Virus record (IMG/VR): IMGVR_UViG_2876643526_000002
Coordinates: 16,420-80,419 of that record
DNA length: 64,000 nt
DNA from: a virus
Lineage: Duplodnaviria > Caudoviricetes
Strand: one strand, 5' to 3'
Shown here: piece after piece, positions 10,962-20,773 of the stretch
Numbering within the stretch: the first letter of the stretch is position 1
How the letters are laid out: each line of letters opens with the position of its first letter
Translations under genes and position numbers: made by a program
Notes under the pieces: model-generated
Database searches by the model: none
Told to the model about the DNA's origin: nothing
The model's input: only the letters and a program-made list of their open reading frames with translations

Positions 10962-11186
10962 TTATAAAATAGGTATTCCAAGGTCATTGAGATTTCGCAA
11001 ATCCTCTGCACCATTGATTACCTTTGCATTCTTTAATTTGTCGTTCTTCTGATTATTGCCTTTATCTGACGATATGTACTCTATATGAGTAAAATCCATA
11101 GACGCAAGGCGAATCTGCGGAACTGTCATTCTCCACTTATATTCTTCTTGCGAGCACCATGTGTTGGCACGTAAGAAATCTATCAT
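10962..11186 (-). CDS. Tail assembly chaperone T segment (probably expressed as GT fusion)
   Basis: In -1 frame relative to 11183..11740 and open back to the slippery heptamer at 11285-11291. Confidence 0.7.
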   Translation of the reverse strand: MIDFLRANTWCSQEEYKWRMTVPQIRLASMDFTHIEYISSDKGNNQKNDKLKNAKVINGAEDLRNLNDLGIPIL

Positions 11187-11740
11187 TTGTCCGTATTCTG
11201 TTCGTGACGGGATAATTCGGCTGCTTGCTTCTTCCTCATCAGGGCTTGACTGCGGACGGTCTGAATCACATTGGTACTCGCGAAGAAAAAATCCACATCT
11301 AGCAAATTGAGAATCTCAACGAGTAATGTTGCCCAATCCTTGATGTCATAGTCTCCCCAAAGCAACTGGTCGTAAACTTGTTGGTATTCCTCAGAATCAA
11401 TGCGTTTTTTGTCATTGAGCAATGATAGTGTGATTACTCTTGCCACCGATGGAATGTTGATAGCAAACTCCTTGATAACGTCACCCATTGATAAGTTTTC
11501 GCCCTTGACTATCTTGCAAGCCTCCTCCGCTATCATCCATTGAGTGCCTGGCTTCAATGCTCTTATCTCCCACTCTGTACCTTGTAGCTTTACAATTGTA
11601 GGAGAATCATTCATAATTTGCGCCAGACGTTCCATTGCCGCATCAGACAAAGGAGAACTAGGTAACACCTTATTCTCGTCTTCTACAGCTTGTTTCTTAG
11701 CCTTATTCGGGTCTTTTTGTGCTCTATATACTTTTCCCAT
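11183..11740 (-). CDS. Tail assembly chaperone G
   Basis: Between tail tube region and tape measure; GAT TTT TTC slippery site. Confidence 0.7.
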   Translation of the reverse strand: MGKVYRAQKDPNKAKKQAVEDENKVLPSSPLSDAAMERLAQIMNDSPTIVKLQGTEWEIRALKPGTQWMIAEEACKIVKGENLSMGDVIKEFAINIPSVARVITLSLLNDKKRIDSEEYQQVYDQLLWGDYDIKDWATLLVEILNLLDVDFFFASTNVIQTVRSQALMRKKQAAELSRHEQNTDK

Positions 11741-11749
11741 ATATATGAA

Positions 11750-12199
11750 TTACTTTCTAATCACACTTACTGTTCCATTATACTTCTTGGATAGGTTTTG
11801 TAGCTTTTGAAACGACATGGAAATGACTCTGTAAGATTGTTTCAGATTACCACCGCCATCTTCCAATATCTTAGCATAGGGCATGGTCGCAACGACAGCC
11901 AAATCAATTACTCCACTAGGGGAATAATCGTTTTTGAGATATTCGTTTATCGCTTCACGACCTTTAATCTCTTCTCCATACCAATTCTTGCCTTTGGATG
12001 CTTTTGGAGAGGATGATAAGTAACCTATTTTTTCAAGCTTGCCTTCGACATAAATGCCATATCCGTAAGAATCGTAGAGGTTGTGCGTTTGATGTGTGTA
12101 TGTAATTTCTTGAATACATTCTCTTAACACATTCTTTGCATCCTTGTCTAATTCCTTCGTAATAAGCTTTAATGCTTTTTTGTATAATGTTTCAGCCAT
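11750..12199 (-). CDS. Putative neck/tail completion protein
   Basis: Position; T.NLYDSYGYGIY and YAKILE motifs reminiscent of gp10-like proteins. Confidence 0.5.
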   Translation of the reverse strand: MAETLYKKALKLITKELDKDAKNVLRECIQEITYTHQTHNLYDSYGYGIYVEGKLEKIGYLSSSPKASKGKNWYGEEIKGREAINEYLKNDYSPSGVIDLAVVATMPYAKILEDGGGNLKQSYRVISMSFQKLQNLSKKYNGTVSVIRK

Positions 12200-12213
12200 A
12201 AATGATAAAACTT

Positions 12214-12249
12214 AAAAAGGAGCAGACAGCATTAAAGCCGCCGCCCCTT
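12214..12249 (-). terminator. Intrinsic terminator after tail tube gene
   Basis: GGGGCGGCGGC-TTTAAT-GCTGTCTGCTCC-TTTTT on minus strand. Confidence 0.65.
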
Positions 12250-12281
12250 GTATATAGTCGAGAATTGTTGAAGAACCTACA

Positions 12282-12854
12282 TTATACACTAGCAGTTGGC
12301 AATGTGTATGCAGGGTCAATGTAGAATGGTGTCTTACGAGTTATGCTACCATCTTTAACTTCTACCAACTGACCTGTGCCAGCCAATGCAACCTTTGCCA
12401 AGTTAGAGTTCAGAGACTCAATGGTTGTCTTGGAATTGAGCTGCAACTTAGGCAGAATCAATGCTGTGTGTGTAGTACCATCTGCGTTGTCAAAAACTAC
12501 TGCGACCTCTGCATACATCAGCTTGTAACCAGATGGAGCGTAAATCTTACCATCAGTACCCTTTGTAAAGCCGCACAATGCAGTCAATACAGGAGCTTGA
12601 GTATCTGCAACCTCGGCAGCAAACTGATACTTACCAGTTGTCACGATAGACAAGATAGGAGTATCAGAAGTCTCGCGCTCAATATCGTTAGTATCGTTAT
12701 CGTCCTGAGAGATAGATGTGGTGTCGCGAACAACATCGTCCAAATCGTAATAATCGTCACCAGCCGCATTACCATTGAACGGACGAACAATAATGTGTGA
12801 AGGCTTAGAGAGCTTGATTGCACCTGCGCCTGTACTTGTAACTTTCGTTGCCAT
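12282..12854 (-). CDS. Major tail (tube) protein
   Basis: 190 aa beta-rich protein followed by terminator, upstream of chaperones. Confidence 0.7.
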   Translation of the reverse strand: MATKVTSTGAGAIKLSKPSHIIVRPFNGNAAGDDYYDLDDVVRDTTSISQDDNDTNDIERETSDTPILSIVTTGKYQFAAEVADTQAPVLTALCGFTKGTDGKIYAPSGYKLMYAEVAVVFDNADGTTHTALILPKLQLNSKTTIESLNSNLAKVALAGTGQLVEVKDGSITRKTPFYIDPAYTLPTASV

Positions 12855-12896
12855 ATTGTTATGAGTTTAAATTGTTATCCTAAATAAATGAAATAA

Positions 12897-13295
12897 TTAA
12901 CGTACAATAACCGAAACAGAAATCATCTGAAAATGAAACTGGCGGTTTGAGTCATATCCGCTATCACGGTATAATATACTGATTGTATAGTTTGCGTCTC
13001 TTGATTCATCAATGATTTTGTCAAGAACACCTTCCATCTTGTCAAGTAACTTTACATTCTTTCTAAGTGGAGTTCCCTTTGGTCTTGCATAAAGATAAAT
13101 GTTAGCATAGCCAGAAGAATAACCGCCATAATCTCTTTGCTGACCTACGTCCACATTGACAAAATCATCCCAGTTCTTACTAGTTGTAGGTGGCAATTCT
13201 CCAACAAATATGTTGTTTGAGATTTTTCCCTTAGTAAGAAGCATCGAAAAGAAATTCTCAATTCGAGACAATCTGCGATTAATCCTCTGTGCCAT
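12897..13295 (-). CDS. Putative tail terminator protein
   Basis: Position; IFVGELP..D.FV.V and LYRDSGYD motifs. Confidence 0.5.
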   Translation of the reverse strand: MAQRINRRLSRIENFFSMLLTKGKISNNIFVGELPPTTSKNWDDFVNVDVGQQRDYGGYSSGYANIYLYARPKGTPLRKNVKLLDKMEGVLDKIIDESRDANYTISILYRDSGYDSNRQFHFQMISVSVIVR

Positions 13296-13336
13296 ACCTT
13301 GTTATCCTAAATACATTTTACCTTATGATGAAAAAA

Positions 13337-13768
13337 CTAAATATCAGTACCCTTGATGTAAGCTACACATCCATGCATTTGTGTCGGATAAACGCCAATA
13401 ACCATTCCGTCAACGTCCATTCCGTACATTTTTCCACGGAAACGAATGCCAGCATTCAAACCTTCAGGAATATATTCTTCATCTTTTCCGTCTTCTCCTT
13501 CTTTCGTTGGCATCGGAAAATAGATTGTATATCCTAACGTAACTACGCCCGAATTAAACAGCTTATTGGTTTCCTGAATATCGCAATCAGTTTCAAAAAT
13601 GATAGTTTCTACATTTTCTGTTTCTGACTCACCTGCACTAGTATCAGTATCGCCTAACATATCCCCATCGCTTCCGATAAGGTCTCCATCTTCTTTCGGT
13701 TTTTGTTCCGAGCGGTAGAACACGCCATGATAGGCATATTCATCCAAAGCATTTCTGTCAGTGTACAT
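13337..13768 (-). CDS. Putative head-closure/stopper protein
   Basis: Position; CDIQE...GYTIYFP pattern. Confidence 0.5.
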   Translation of the reverse strand: MYTDRNALDEYAYHGVFYRSEQKPKEDGDLIGSDGDMLGDTDTSAGESETENVETIIFETDCDIQETNKLFNSGVVTLGYTIYFPMPTKEGEDGKDEEYIPEGLNAGIRFRGKMYGMDVDGMVIGVYPTQMHGCVAYIKGTDI

Positions 13769-13771
13769 AGC

Positions 13772-14158
13772 TTACCAATCTGTTTCTTTAATCCATTTAA
13801 CCTCTCCATCGGTTTCATTGAGAGCTTCAAGTTTTTCGTCCTCTCCATACTTCTTGTAAAGTCTTTTGAGTTCTGATTTGATACTCAACAATGCAGCCGA
13901 TGTAATGGTCTGAGCACCTACCGTAAGAGTATATGCGCCATGTTGGTTTGTGGTCGATGCTGTCTGATAGACACCGAATACAATCTTTTCCAAGAGTGCA
14001 ATCTTGCATCTGTCTTTCTGTTCTTCTGTCAAGTCCAAATAAGACTCGACATCAGAAACGCCGCAATCCAAAGCGACATTGTTTAATGCCGACTTGTCAA
14101 AGACAAAGTTAGTCATGCCGCTAAGATAGTCCAATATGTCAAACTTTGATGCTGCCAT
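13772..14158 (-). CDS. Putative head-tail connector
   Basis: Directly downstream of capsid, 128 aa helical. Confidence 0.5.
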   Translation of the reverse strand: MAASKFDILDYLSGMTNFVFDKSALNNVALDCGVSDVESYLDLTEEQKDRCKIALLEKIVFGVYQTASTTNQHGAYTLTVGAQTITSAALLSIKSELKRLYKKYGEDEKLEALNETDGEVKWIKETDW

Positions 14159-14207
14159 TGAGAGATAAATGAATTAAATGTTATCGTATATTGTGAGTGA
14201 ACCACCA

Positions 14208-15404
14208 TTAAGATACAGCACCATCACCAGCTACCTCGGTGTGGATAATCTCATGGTTGGTGAATGAGATAAGAGCTGGAATAGCAGACATCATTACGTC
14301 TGTATGCCACTCCTTCAATCGACCATTGTCAGTTGTGGTGTTCATCGCTGTAACCAAACCATTGAGCATGGTTGCGAAAGTGGTATCAATAGTACTTGCA
14401 CCATAGCCACTACCGAATACGTCACGCTCCAAAACATCTGTGTATTTGAACTCTACAGCATCACCAGCAGGGCGAAGAACAACGCGATTATCTGCCCAAC
14501 CCTTGACAAATGTGTCGGTTGTGCGTGTCTTGTTGCGCTCCTTCTCAACGACAATCTCAATAGGAGAAATACCTTGAATGTCTGTAAATGACTTCAAGAA
14601 TTGCTCGTTAGTGATAGGCATACCCTCAACGTATGCGATATAGTTAGCCTTACACCAAGCAACATACAAGTCGCGTACTTCTTGGTTCTGAAGGAATACG
14701 TCATTGTACATCTTTTTTGTCATCTTCCAAGTAAGAGCACCATCGTAGCCTCCTCGCTTATCACGATAAGCGTCTTCTAACTTACGCATCTGTGTGAGAA
14801 TTTTACAATCTGCGGAAGTCCAAGCCTTTGCACCAGCCTTCTGAAAATTATCCTTTGGAAGACGAGCATCATAGAGCTTGCCGTAGATACCAGCACCAAG
14901 ACCAGTGTAATCAATCTTACCAGTCGTTTCCAACTGCGCGGTTGTGTTGTTCAATGTAGCCTTCGCGGACTTCAATCCAACTGCGAGGTAGTTACGTACC
15001 CAACGAGCTATGATGCGGTCTGCGTTGCCAAACTGTGCACACATCTTTTCCTTGTAAATACGCTGTGCAGCAGTCTCTACGAAACCACGACCGATGAAGT
15101 CTGGAATGGATGCAGTGTACTCTGCCTCACCCTCGGCGTCCATCTGATGTGAATCGCCGAGAGGCGCACGCATATCCATGACTGGTGCAGCTTCCAACTT
15201 ATATGAAGTCATTCGGAAAGTAGCAGAACCATCATCCGCTGTTGGAGTAGGTGCATCAGCAATATGCCCCTGTGTCATTGCCCAACCTTCATCCATGTTA
15301 AGGAGGTCTGAGTTGTCAACGAGAGACTGAAACAGTTCACTACCGCCATCTTTTGAACGGAAGAGTGCAGCCCAATCCGAGTTGTTAATGTCAAATCTTT
15401 GCAT
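14208..15404 (-). CDS. Major capsid protein (phage cap E-like)
   Basis: 398 aa after scaffold and decoration genes; AAPVMDMRAPLGDS motif. Confidence 0.8.
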   Translation of the reverse strand: MQRFDINNSDWAALFRSKDGGSELFQSLVDNSDLLNMDEGWAMTQGHIADAPTPTADDGSATFRMTSYKLEAAPVMDMRAPLGDSHQMDAEGEAEYTASIPDFIGRGFVETAAQRIYKEKMCAQFGNADRIIARWVRNYLAVGLKSAKATLNNTTAQLETTGKIDYTGLGAGIYGKLYDARLPKDNFQKAGAKAWTSADCKILTQMRKLEDAYRDKRGGYDGALTWKMTKKMYNDVFLQNQEVRDLYVAWCKANYIAYVEGMPITNEQFLKSFTDIQGISPIEIVVEKERNKTRTTDTFVKGWADNRVVLRPAGDAVEFKYTDVLERDVFGSGYGASTIDTTFATMLNGLVTAMNTTTDNGRLKEWHTDVMMSAIPALISFTNHEIIHTEVAGDGAVS

Positions 15405-15460
15405 ATCCTAAATACAATTAATTACAAAAAAATAAGTTTGTTATCATTTACTTGGTCTGA

Positions 15461-16213
15461 TTAATTAAACCAGAACCAAGTCTTTACACGGCTCTTGTTG
15501 AGAGCGAGAACTGCTGGTGGCAAATTGCCGATAGCTACAAGGTCGATAACAGTATCTTCTTGCGCCAACGCTGGAGTAAGCATATACTCCAAATCGTCAA
15601 CCCCTTCCATGTTCGCGTCATACAAGAAATCCATATCCTTGTCTGCGTAAGCATTAGGATTAGTAACCATAGGAAGCGTTTTTGCACCTGCTTTTGCTGC
15701 TTCTACGAGAATGTCACCAGCTTTCTGTGCTGTACCAAGTGTCTCTGATACTGTAACGAGCCAAATATCGTTTGAACCGTCGGTAGTTTTCTCCACATTG
15801 GTGATAGTGACACCCTTTGCTTGTGTGGCAAAATCTTTCTGTCCTACCATGATAGTATCGCCAGCATACGGTATGTGGTGATAGCCGTCACGAACCAATT
15901 TGTAGGTTACGTCTGTCTCAGTAGCATCCTTCGCCAGCTCATAGAACTTCAAAATCTTTACCTCTGCACCAGTAGTGTTGTTAATGTTAGGTGTGTACTC
16001 AACGAGGTCACCTGCATAAATCTTCGCTCTACCCTTGAATGGGTTCTTCAAGATGCCACCCGTAGTAGGATAACAGAGCGCATCCTTGCTGCCCTTAACG
16101 AGCTTTACGAAGACATTCTTATGACCTCCAATAGAGCCATGTGCCTGAATGAGTGTGCGACCAGTGAATACCGCACCACCATTGGCTTGTCTTGTGAAAA
16201 AGTTATCCAACAT
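15461..16213 (-). CDS. Head decoration protein
   Basis: Between scaffold and capsid; GG...NPFKG.AKIYAGDLVEY. Confidence 0.6.
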   Translation of the reverse strand: MLDNFFTRQANGGAVFTGRTLIQAHGSIGGHKNVFVKLVKGSKDALCYPTTGGILKNPFKGRAKIYAGDLVEYTPNINNTTGAEVKILKFYELAKDATETDVTYKLVRDGYHHIPYAGDTIMVGQKDFATQAKGVTITNVEKTTDGSNDIWLVTVSETLGTAQKAGDILVEAAKAGAKTLPMVTNPNAYADKDMDFLYDANMEGVDDLEYMLTPALAQEDTVIDLVAIGNLPPAVLALNKSRVKTWFWFN

Positions 16214-16256
16214 AATCTTTTTACCTTAAAGAGTTAATAATTAATGTTATCCGAAT

Positions 16257-16898
16257 TTACTTGCCAGCAGGATTTGATGTACCGAGGATTTTGTTTACGC
16301 CTGCCCATCGTTCAGCACCGATAGGTTTATCTCCATTACCGCCACTTGGATTGCCTGGAGTGCCACCGCCATTTACGTGGGATATGTTGTAAAACTCTTC
16401 CGCATCGGTAAATTCCTGCTCGATGTCCGAGTCCTTAGTGAGGTTCAACTTGCTCATGTACTTTTCAATCCACTTACTATCGTTGATACCTTTCTCCTTG
16501 AACTTGGCGAGAAGTTCACTACGTTTCTGTGATACAAGCTTAGATGCTTCGTATTCTGCATCCTTCTTCTCTAGAGCTTCCAAGCGTTCCAAAAGCTTCT
16601 TTTCAACAGCCGAAGGCTCTTTGCCATTGTCATTTGGGTTTGGCTTGGTGTCAGGATGCTCATCGTTCCATTTCTTGATGAAGTCGGCATTATCCTTCTC
16701 GTAGTTGCCGTTAAGGGAAACATACTGCGGCAAAATCTTCTTCACCAAATCATCTAACTCTGTATCTTCACCAACTAAGAGGTCAAAGTGGGAATCACTC
16801 AAACTCTTTATTGTCTTTTCACTGATGGAAAGGTGTTTTCCGTTTTCAGTGAGCTTTGCTTTTAGGGTGTCTAAAAGTTGTTGTTTTGTAAACTTCAT
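16257..16898 (-). CDS. Capsid scaffolding protein
   Basis: Charged helical protein with P/G-rich linkers, first gene of head operon. Confidence 0.65.
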   Translation of the reverse strand: MKFTKQQLLDTLKAKLTENGKHLSISEKTIKSLSDSHFDLLVGEDTELDDLVKKILPQYVSLNGNYEKDNADFIKKWNDEHPDTKPNPNDNGKEPSAVEKKLLERLEALEKKDAEYEASKLVSQKRSELLAKFKEKGINDSKWIEKYMSKLNLTKDSDIEQEFTDAEEFYNISHVNGGGTPGNPSGGNGDKPIGAERWAGVNKILGTSNPAGK

Positions 16899-16923
16899 AT
16901 TACTAATTTTTAAAATTCTGCTG

Positions 16924-16931
16924 CAAAGATA
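16924..16931 (-). promoter_or_regulatory. Bacteroidota -7 promoter element (head/tail operon)
   Basis: TATCTTTG on minus strand 25 nt upstream of scaffold start. Confidence 0.75.
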
Positions 16932-17027
16932 ATTAAATAATGTGGTGATTTGCAGGCTTTTATAAACTCTATTTGTTACGTAACCAATATAGAATTATTT
17001 TCACGACATTATATATTATAAATTAGG

Positions 17028-17035
17028 TATCTTTG
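17028..17035 (+). promoter_or_regulatory. Bacteroidota -7 promoter element (terminase operon)
   Basis: TATCTTTG ending 4 nt before the ATG at 17040. Confidence 0.75.
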
Positions 17036-17039
17036 CAGC

Positions 17040-18650
17040 ATGAACACGAATAAAGATATAGAAATCAGACCACAAGAGGGCTTTCAAATGTCCTTTGCAA
17101 GTAGCAACGTTGACGTTGTTTTTGGTGGCGGAAATCTCGGAGGAGGCAAATCGTATGGTCTTGTACTTGCGATGGCAGAGCCGTTAATGACCGACCCAGA
17201 TTTTCGTGCAATGATTTCACGCCGTTCACTTGGTAATCAAAAAGCAGGTGGAGGATTCGTAGAGAAGTTCAAACAGATATTCGGAGCTGATTTCGTAAAA
17301 ATCAGAGAGAGCGAGAATCCGCGCGTTACATTTCCGAACGGAACGTTTGTCGATTTGACATATCTTGACGATTCCAATATAGATAAGTTGAGAGAGCGCG
17401 CGAAAGGATGGGAGTACGATTTGATTGCGATTGACGAGTTGACGGAGATGACTTGGGAAGTTTTCTCTTACGTTATGACTCGAAACAGAGGTCAGAGCAA
17501 GACGTTTACAGGTAAGTTCTTTGCAACACTTAATCCGAAGCGTAGCCACTGGACAAGAATATTCCTTGATTGGTATATTGGTTCAGATGGTTTTATCATC
17601 CCAGAGCGTGATGGTGTAGTCAGATACTTCTATTGTGCAGGACCGACTGTTAAGGATGTTGTTTGGGGGATGTCTAAGCGAGAAGTCTATGAGAAATGTA
17701 AAATAGATATAGACAGAAAGCTTAAAACCATTGGCGGCAACTTTGGATATGAAGTAATGATTAAGAGCTTTGTTTTCTATCAAGGTAAACTTGGTTCAAA
17801 CAAGAAGATGCTTGAAAACAACTCTGGCTATTTAGGTTCTGTAGCTGCATCGGGCGGCAGAATGGCACAAGCTCTTATGGAGGGTAACTTCAATGTTGAC
17901 CCAGAAGAGGATGAGGATATACCGATTCCTAGCCAAGCGGCACGAGATTGCTTCGTAAAAGACCCAGCCGTAAATGGTGACAAATGGATAACAATCGACT
18001 TGGCAGATTTCGGAAAGGATAATACTCTGATGTTGTCTTGGAACGGATTCCATATCGTCAATTACGAAATCGTAATGCATTCGACACCGCGAATTAATGC
18101 AGAGAGAGCTAGATTGTTTGCGGCAAGTGAGGGAGTAGCAGAGAGCCATATTATCTATGATGCTACGGCAGGTAGGTATTTCAATGACTATATACCCGAT
18201 GCTATACCTTACATATCAGCGGCAAAGGCAATGGGAATTTATTATTTGTCTGCTATGACAATAAAAGACCTATGCTACTTGCGACTGAGTTATATGATTA
18301 AGCGAGGACAGCTCACATTCTCTGATAAGGTCGCAAATGCGGTTTATACGCATCAAAACCTCAAATACAGAGTTTCCATACAGAATGAGTTCATGGAAGA
18401 ATGTGCGGTAGTTCGCTTTGATAAGATGCAGAGCGGAAAGAAGAAGTTACAGAGCAAGAAGGAAATGAACAGAAATCTTGGAAAAGACCGTTCTATGGAC
18501 TTGCTCGACCCTTGCGCAATGAGAATGTACCCATGTTTGAATATGGAGTATGGTAGCGAGCTACAAGAAGGATTCAGACTTGCAGCACAAGATGTTGAAG
18601 AAAAGAATCCTAATGCACAGAGCATTTATGATGATACGTTGTACTATTAA
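17040..18650 (+). CDS. terL: Terminase large subunit
   Basis: PQEGFQ, Walker A GGGNLGGGKS, Walker B LIAIDEL, nuclease ITIDLADFGKD and SMDLLD. Confidence 0.93.
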   Translation: MNTNKDIEIRPQEGFQMSFASSNVDVVFGGGNLGGGKSYGLVLAMAEPLMTDPDFRAMISRRSLGNQKAGGGFVEKFKQIFGADFVKIRESENPRVTFPNGTFVDLTYLDDSNIDKLRERAKGWEYDLIAIDELTEMTWEVFSYVMTRNRGQSKTFTGKFFATLNPKRSHWTRIFLDWYIGSDGFIIPERDGVVRYFYCAGPTVKDVVWGMSKREVYEKCKIDIDRKLKTIGGNFGYEVMIKSFVFYQGKLGSNKKMLENNSGYLGSVAASGGRMAQALMEGNFNVDPEEDEDIPIPSQAARDCFVKDPAVNGDKWITIDLADFGKDNTLMLSWNGFHIVNYEIVMHSTPRINAERARLFAASEGVAESHIIYDATAGRYFNDYIPDAIPYISAAKAMGIYYLSAMTIKDLCYLRLSYMIKRGQLTFSDKVANAVYTHQNLKYRVSIQNEFMEECAVVRFDKMQSGKKKLQSKKEMNRNLGKDRSMDLLDPCAMRMYPCLNMEYGSELQEGFRLAAQDVEEKNPNAQSIYDDTLYY

Positions 18651-18661
18651 TTTTAGAATAT

Positions 18662-19252
18662 ATGCTGAAAAAAGAAAATATAAAAATGATTCTTGAATCC
18701 GTGCGGATTGACTGGGATAAATGCGATGAGAAAGATATTGCGTTTGCTATCCTATGTGACGCATTGGAAGATAAGACTTTAGCGTATCGTCTTGCTTATC
18801 GTAAGAGCGAAAAGGATGCAGCTAAATTCTACGAAACTCCACGATTCAAGAAACTACTAGATGTTCTAGAACCTTTCGGTATCGGAAATGTTAATAACAA
18901 CGCTATCACCAAGGAAGAGAACAAAAACGAGCTTCTTAAAATGCTCGACAAGATAGACCAAGCTCTTAGTGATGGAAATCTTGAACCGAAAGATGCATTG
19001 AAGATGCAGACTGATATACGTGTAAAGCTGAATGACAAATTTGAAATGGAAGAGTCACAGAAGCAGAAGCGAATCATCGTAGTACCAAGCAAACACGATA
19101 TTGTTTGTCCTACTACAAACAGAGAATGTAACTACTGGGCTTCAAAAAAAGCTTGTTGCAGACATTATGGATTGATTGACCCACAAGAGAACAACGATTC
19201 ACAAAATAGCAACGATGTTGAACCATCATTAAACGACAATAACGATGAGTAG
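18662..19252 (+). CDS. Hypothetical protein between terminase and portal
   Basis: 196 aa; Cys cluster CPTTNREC..ACC. Confidence 0.75.
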   Translation: MLKKENIKMILESVRIDWDKCDEKDIAFAILCDALEDKTLAYRLAYRKSEKDAAKFYETPRFKKLLDVLEPFGIGNVNNNAITKEENKNELLKMLDKIDQALSDGNLEPKDALKMQTDIRVKLNDKFEMEESQKQKRIIVVPSKHDIVCPTTNRECNYWASKKACCRHYGLIDPQENNDSQNSNDVEPSLNDNNDE

Positions 19253-20771
19253 AAAGAGACAAGATATAATTAATGATTTTTTGGAGAATCCGCAGAAACT
19301 GCTTCTGAAAAAGCCGTTTTTGAGAGGTTCGCGCTCTATTACTATCAACGATTCTTCTGATGGTTCGGATATTAAGACGAACTTCCGAAAAGAAGCACAG
19401 CTCCCAAATATTAGCAAGATAGTTGTTAGTCAAGAGCGTTTTGCGAAGGAGTTAGACCCTTATTCTCACAGGGTATTGTTTGATACGAACTTACCTTCTA
19501 TATGTTGCAAGCTTGATGATGGCAGTTATTGCGAGATTGAGTTTAAGAAGTTTGGCATTCCTATGCAACAACGTATTGTTGACAAGAAAGCTCTATGTTT
19601 AGGTGGTAATAAACGTAACCACATATTACATGACAGCAATCCGGCTGATAAGCTCAAAAAGAACTTTGCCGATTTCAAGTGGCATTGGAAAGAGACAAAT
19701 CAGGATGGTATCGAAATGCAAGCTATACGTATTCAGCAGAGTTATGGTGATGTTGGCTTACTCGTTTACATGAATGAGGATAACGAAGTAAAAAGTAGGC
19801 TATTCTCGTATGAAGATGGCTATCAGATTATCACACACAAAGACGATAATGGAGAACCGCTTCTTGATTGCGTGTATTATCGCACAGAGGATAATGTAAG
19901 ACACATTGATGCATACGATAAGACATATCATTATCATTTCACAGATGTATTCGTTCAGGACGTTGATACAAACGAAGTACTAAAAGGCTGGTGCTTGGAA
20001 AGCAAGGAAAAACACGGATTCTCGGAGAGTCCACTTGTTACAAAGCGTGGTGATGTTGCTTGGAATAACGGTCAAGACCTTATCGAGCTATTCGAGATTA
20101 TCTATAATCTGTTTGCGGTCATCCAAAAACGTCACGGATGGGGAATCCTTTATATCAAGGGGAAGCTCAATGAAACCGCAAAGAAGATTGCTGGTTCTAT
20201 CATCCTGAATGATACAAGCATTGAAGGAAATGGCAGCGCAGAGTTTAAGACTCCACCTTCTCCACAGAACATGATTGAGTTCATGCAGTCAATTCTCGAC
20301 CAATTGCAGATTGCTACAGGATGTACATTTATCTTGCCGAAGGATATTAAGTCTAGTGGCGATATAAGCGGTTTGGCAATTCAGATGACACGTTCTTTGG
20401 ATATTGAGGAGGCTAACAATGCAGCTATTGAATGGCAGAATTTCGTCAGCAAACATTCAAGATTGTTCAAGGAAGGATTGGCAAAGCAGTTGGTTGCAAG
20501 CGGCGAGAATCCTACTGCTATCACTGAGTTTAAGCAGATGAGAATCAGTACATCATTTAAGCCTTGGCAGCCATTCGATGAAAGTGCATGGAATCAGATG
20601 CTTTGTACATTGAGCGGTGCAGGTTTGATTTCTACTAAGACTGGTGTTGAAAAGAATACTGTTTCTGCACCTGACGAGGAAGTAAGATTGCAGACTCAGC
20701 AAGAAGAGGCAGATGAACGTGCCGAAAAACAAGCTGAGATTACCGCAATGACAAAGAATAATAAAGAATAA
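19245..20771 (+). CDS. Portal protein (SPP1-like)
   Basis: 508 aa after terminase; SGDISGLAI, FKPWQP, GLISTKT, acidic tail. Confidence 0.85.
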   Translation: MSRKRQDIINDFLENPQKLLLKKPFLRGSRSITINDSSDGSDIKTNFRKEAQLPNISKIVVSQERFAKELDPYSHRVLFDTNLPSICCKLDDGSYCEIEFKKFGIPMQQRIVDKKALCLGGNKRNHILHDSNPADKLKKNFADFKWHWKETNQDGIEMQAIRIQQSYGDVGLLVYMNEDNEVKSRLFSYEDGYQIITHKDDNGEPLLDCVYYRTEDNVRHIDAYDKTYHYHFTDVFVQDVDTNEVLKGWCLESKEKHGFSESPLVTKRGDVAWNNGQDLIELFEIIYNLFAVIQKRHGWGILYIKGKLNETAKKIAGSIILNDTSIEGNGSAEFKTPPSPQNMIEFMQSILDQLQIATGCTFILPKDIKSSGDISGLAIQMTRSLDIEEANNAAIEWQNFVSKHSRLFKEGLAKQLVASGENPTAITEFKQMRISTSFKPWQPFDESAWNQMLCTLSGAGLISTKTGVEKNTVSAPDEEVRLQTQQEEADERAEKQAEITAMTKNNKE

Positions 20772-20773
20772 AC

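Noticed and set aside
5574-10967. Plus-strand ORFs inside the tape measure gene and similar antisense ORFs elsewhere (e.g. 55000..55566, 57365..58264)
   Set aside because: Shadow frames of clear genes on the opposite strand, without motifs
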